Assembly: GCA_038496445.1 (NCBI GenBank)
Contig: JALMLS010000228.1
Span: 1-64,000, forward strand
Reading direction: 5' to 3'
Length of the DNA stretch: 64,000 bases
Origin: Trichosphaerium sp. ATCC 40318
Lineage: Eukaryota > Protista > Tubulinea
Shown one piece after another: positions 62,561 to 64,000 of this stretch. The notes beneath the pieces were generated by a model that saw nothing but the letters and a program-made list of their open reading frames with translations, made no database searches and had not been told where the DNA came from. Both the position numbers and the translations under genes were made by a program. Each line of letters opens with the position of its first letter. The first letter of the stretch is position 1.

Positions 62561-64000
62561 CGGCGAAGAAAAAAAAATTCGCGAAAAAACACTAAATAAA
62601 AAAAACGAATGATTCCGAAGTTATCACACGCAAATTTAGTTTTGATCACTTAGTATTGTAGTAGGAGATATACTCATATCTCTCATATACTTTTTAATAA
62701 AAATCCGTGACGATAAACAAGTCATTATTGCCAATAGGGTCAAAACGAAATTCAAAAATACGCTAGAACGTGCCTACACAAGTGACTAAAGTTCTCAAAA
62801 CCGTGTTGTAAGAGTGTATCATTTGTCTTTTCAATCAGTTTACTATTTGTAAGGCCTAATTCTTCTGCTATAGCTTGTAGAAGCTCTTCAATACTAGCAT
62901 GAGTGGAAATCCCTGTTTAAAAGTTACTTTGGGAGCGGACAAGTATTTGGGTTTTTCTCGTTTTAGACGCACTGTTGCTCCTTTTTAGTGATAGGTGAGG
63001 ACAGCTCATTAAATGTCTTAATATTGGATGGTTTAGAGGAGCTCCCTTGGCTGTGAGTCTTCATGAAATGACGGAATTTACTAGTTTAGTACTAAGTTTG
63101 TTCCGAACTACTAAAACGGTCAATCACCAAAGATCCTGTTGGAATTTACAACAGTACATTCTAATAGAACCACGCAACCATTTTTATGGAAGGATACTAA
63201 GTAAGAGTGTTTTTGCGTTACCATAACAAAGTGAAGTATTTCCGTTAACTAATACGCGGAAATCCACGGGTAATACGCTTTCACAGTGCCCCTACAGTTG
63301 TGTGGAGTCCTTGGAGTTTGGAGGAGTTTTGTTTACCTTTAACACAACACAACAACACACGTTTCATTTTCCTCCTATACCATCCCGGTACATTCAGTGA
63401 TCTCAGTATAAGATAAAGACGCGAATAGTAATAGTTTAAGACCAAAGCAGTAGAAACGGTATTTCGTTTTCCACTCAGTTTCTTTGATGGTCTAAGGTCC
63501 CGTATACAATTTATGCAATATACGCCACTATTCTAACATTTGCTCACTCAATGTATTTTTTTAAGGTCGACTTGATTAATTACTTTTTGTCAACAAAAGT
63601 CCTTTTCACCCGTTTTTGGGTTGAGTCTGAATACCAACTTGACACAACGTCGTAAGTTCCCGTATTCTATTTAAGTGTTGGGTAAACTATAGAAGCGCTG
63701 TCCCTTTTGTTAAACGAAAAGTACAGAAAATATGCTATCCGCATTACTTCAAGCAGTAGTATTATGTACTGCCCTCTTCTTGGCAAGGTAAGCGACATCG
63801 TAATTCGATTTATTTATGACCTACCCAAGTGATGCATTAGCTCCTGAAGTAATACTGAGCGTGCAGGACATAAATTGCTTGAATATAACAACTACGAACG
63901 TTCTAGAGTCAAAGGACACAGAGTATCTTCGTATTGGACTTGTTGGTGGTGATACATGGCGATATTGGAAGTTACCAACAACTAACACTTCAATAATGTA

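Overview
AT-rich (about one third GC), gene-dense eukaryotic nuclear DNA with many short spliceosomal introns (mostly 40-110 nt, GTACGT/GTATGT/GTAAGT donors, CTRAY branch points). Gene content suggests a free-living, possibly marine, amoebozoan-type protist (inference). I spliced the gene models by hand; the ORF track shows only fragments. Recognisable genes: EGLN/PhyA-type prolyl hydroxylase, bacterial-type GH16 + ricin lectin, an apparent single-gene NEIL1-UNG DNA glycosylase fusion, zf-MYND protein, GT49 glycosyltransferase, class II tRNA nucleotidyltransferase with a shortened flexible loop, CAP-domain membrane protein, PBX-class TALE homeobox, RpiA, PH protein, Nup1/Nup153-like FG nucleoporin, atypical Rac, DOMON/EGF/copper monooxygenase and a globin-PH fusion. 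Mobile/repeat DNA: a DD35D pogo/Fot1 transposon, a 5'-truncated retroposon with a 19-bp TSD, a small foldback/MITE, and a 1.07-kb inverted duplication carrying an intronless F-box-like gene. Best novelty candidates: (1) the NEIL1-UNG fusion; (2) a ~255-nt structured H/ACA-type RNA in a nucleoporin intron that carries a telomeric template-like CCCUAACCC; (3) roughly ten-fold enrichment of CACGTG, often in introns, where it also forms GC-AG donors.
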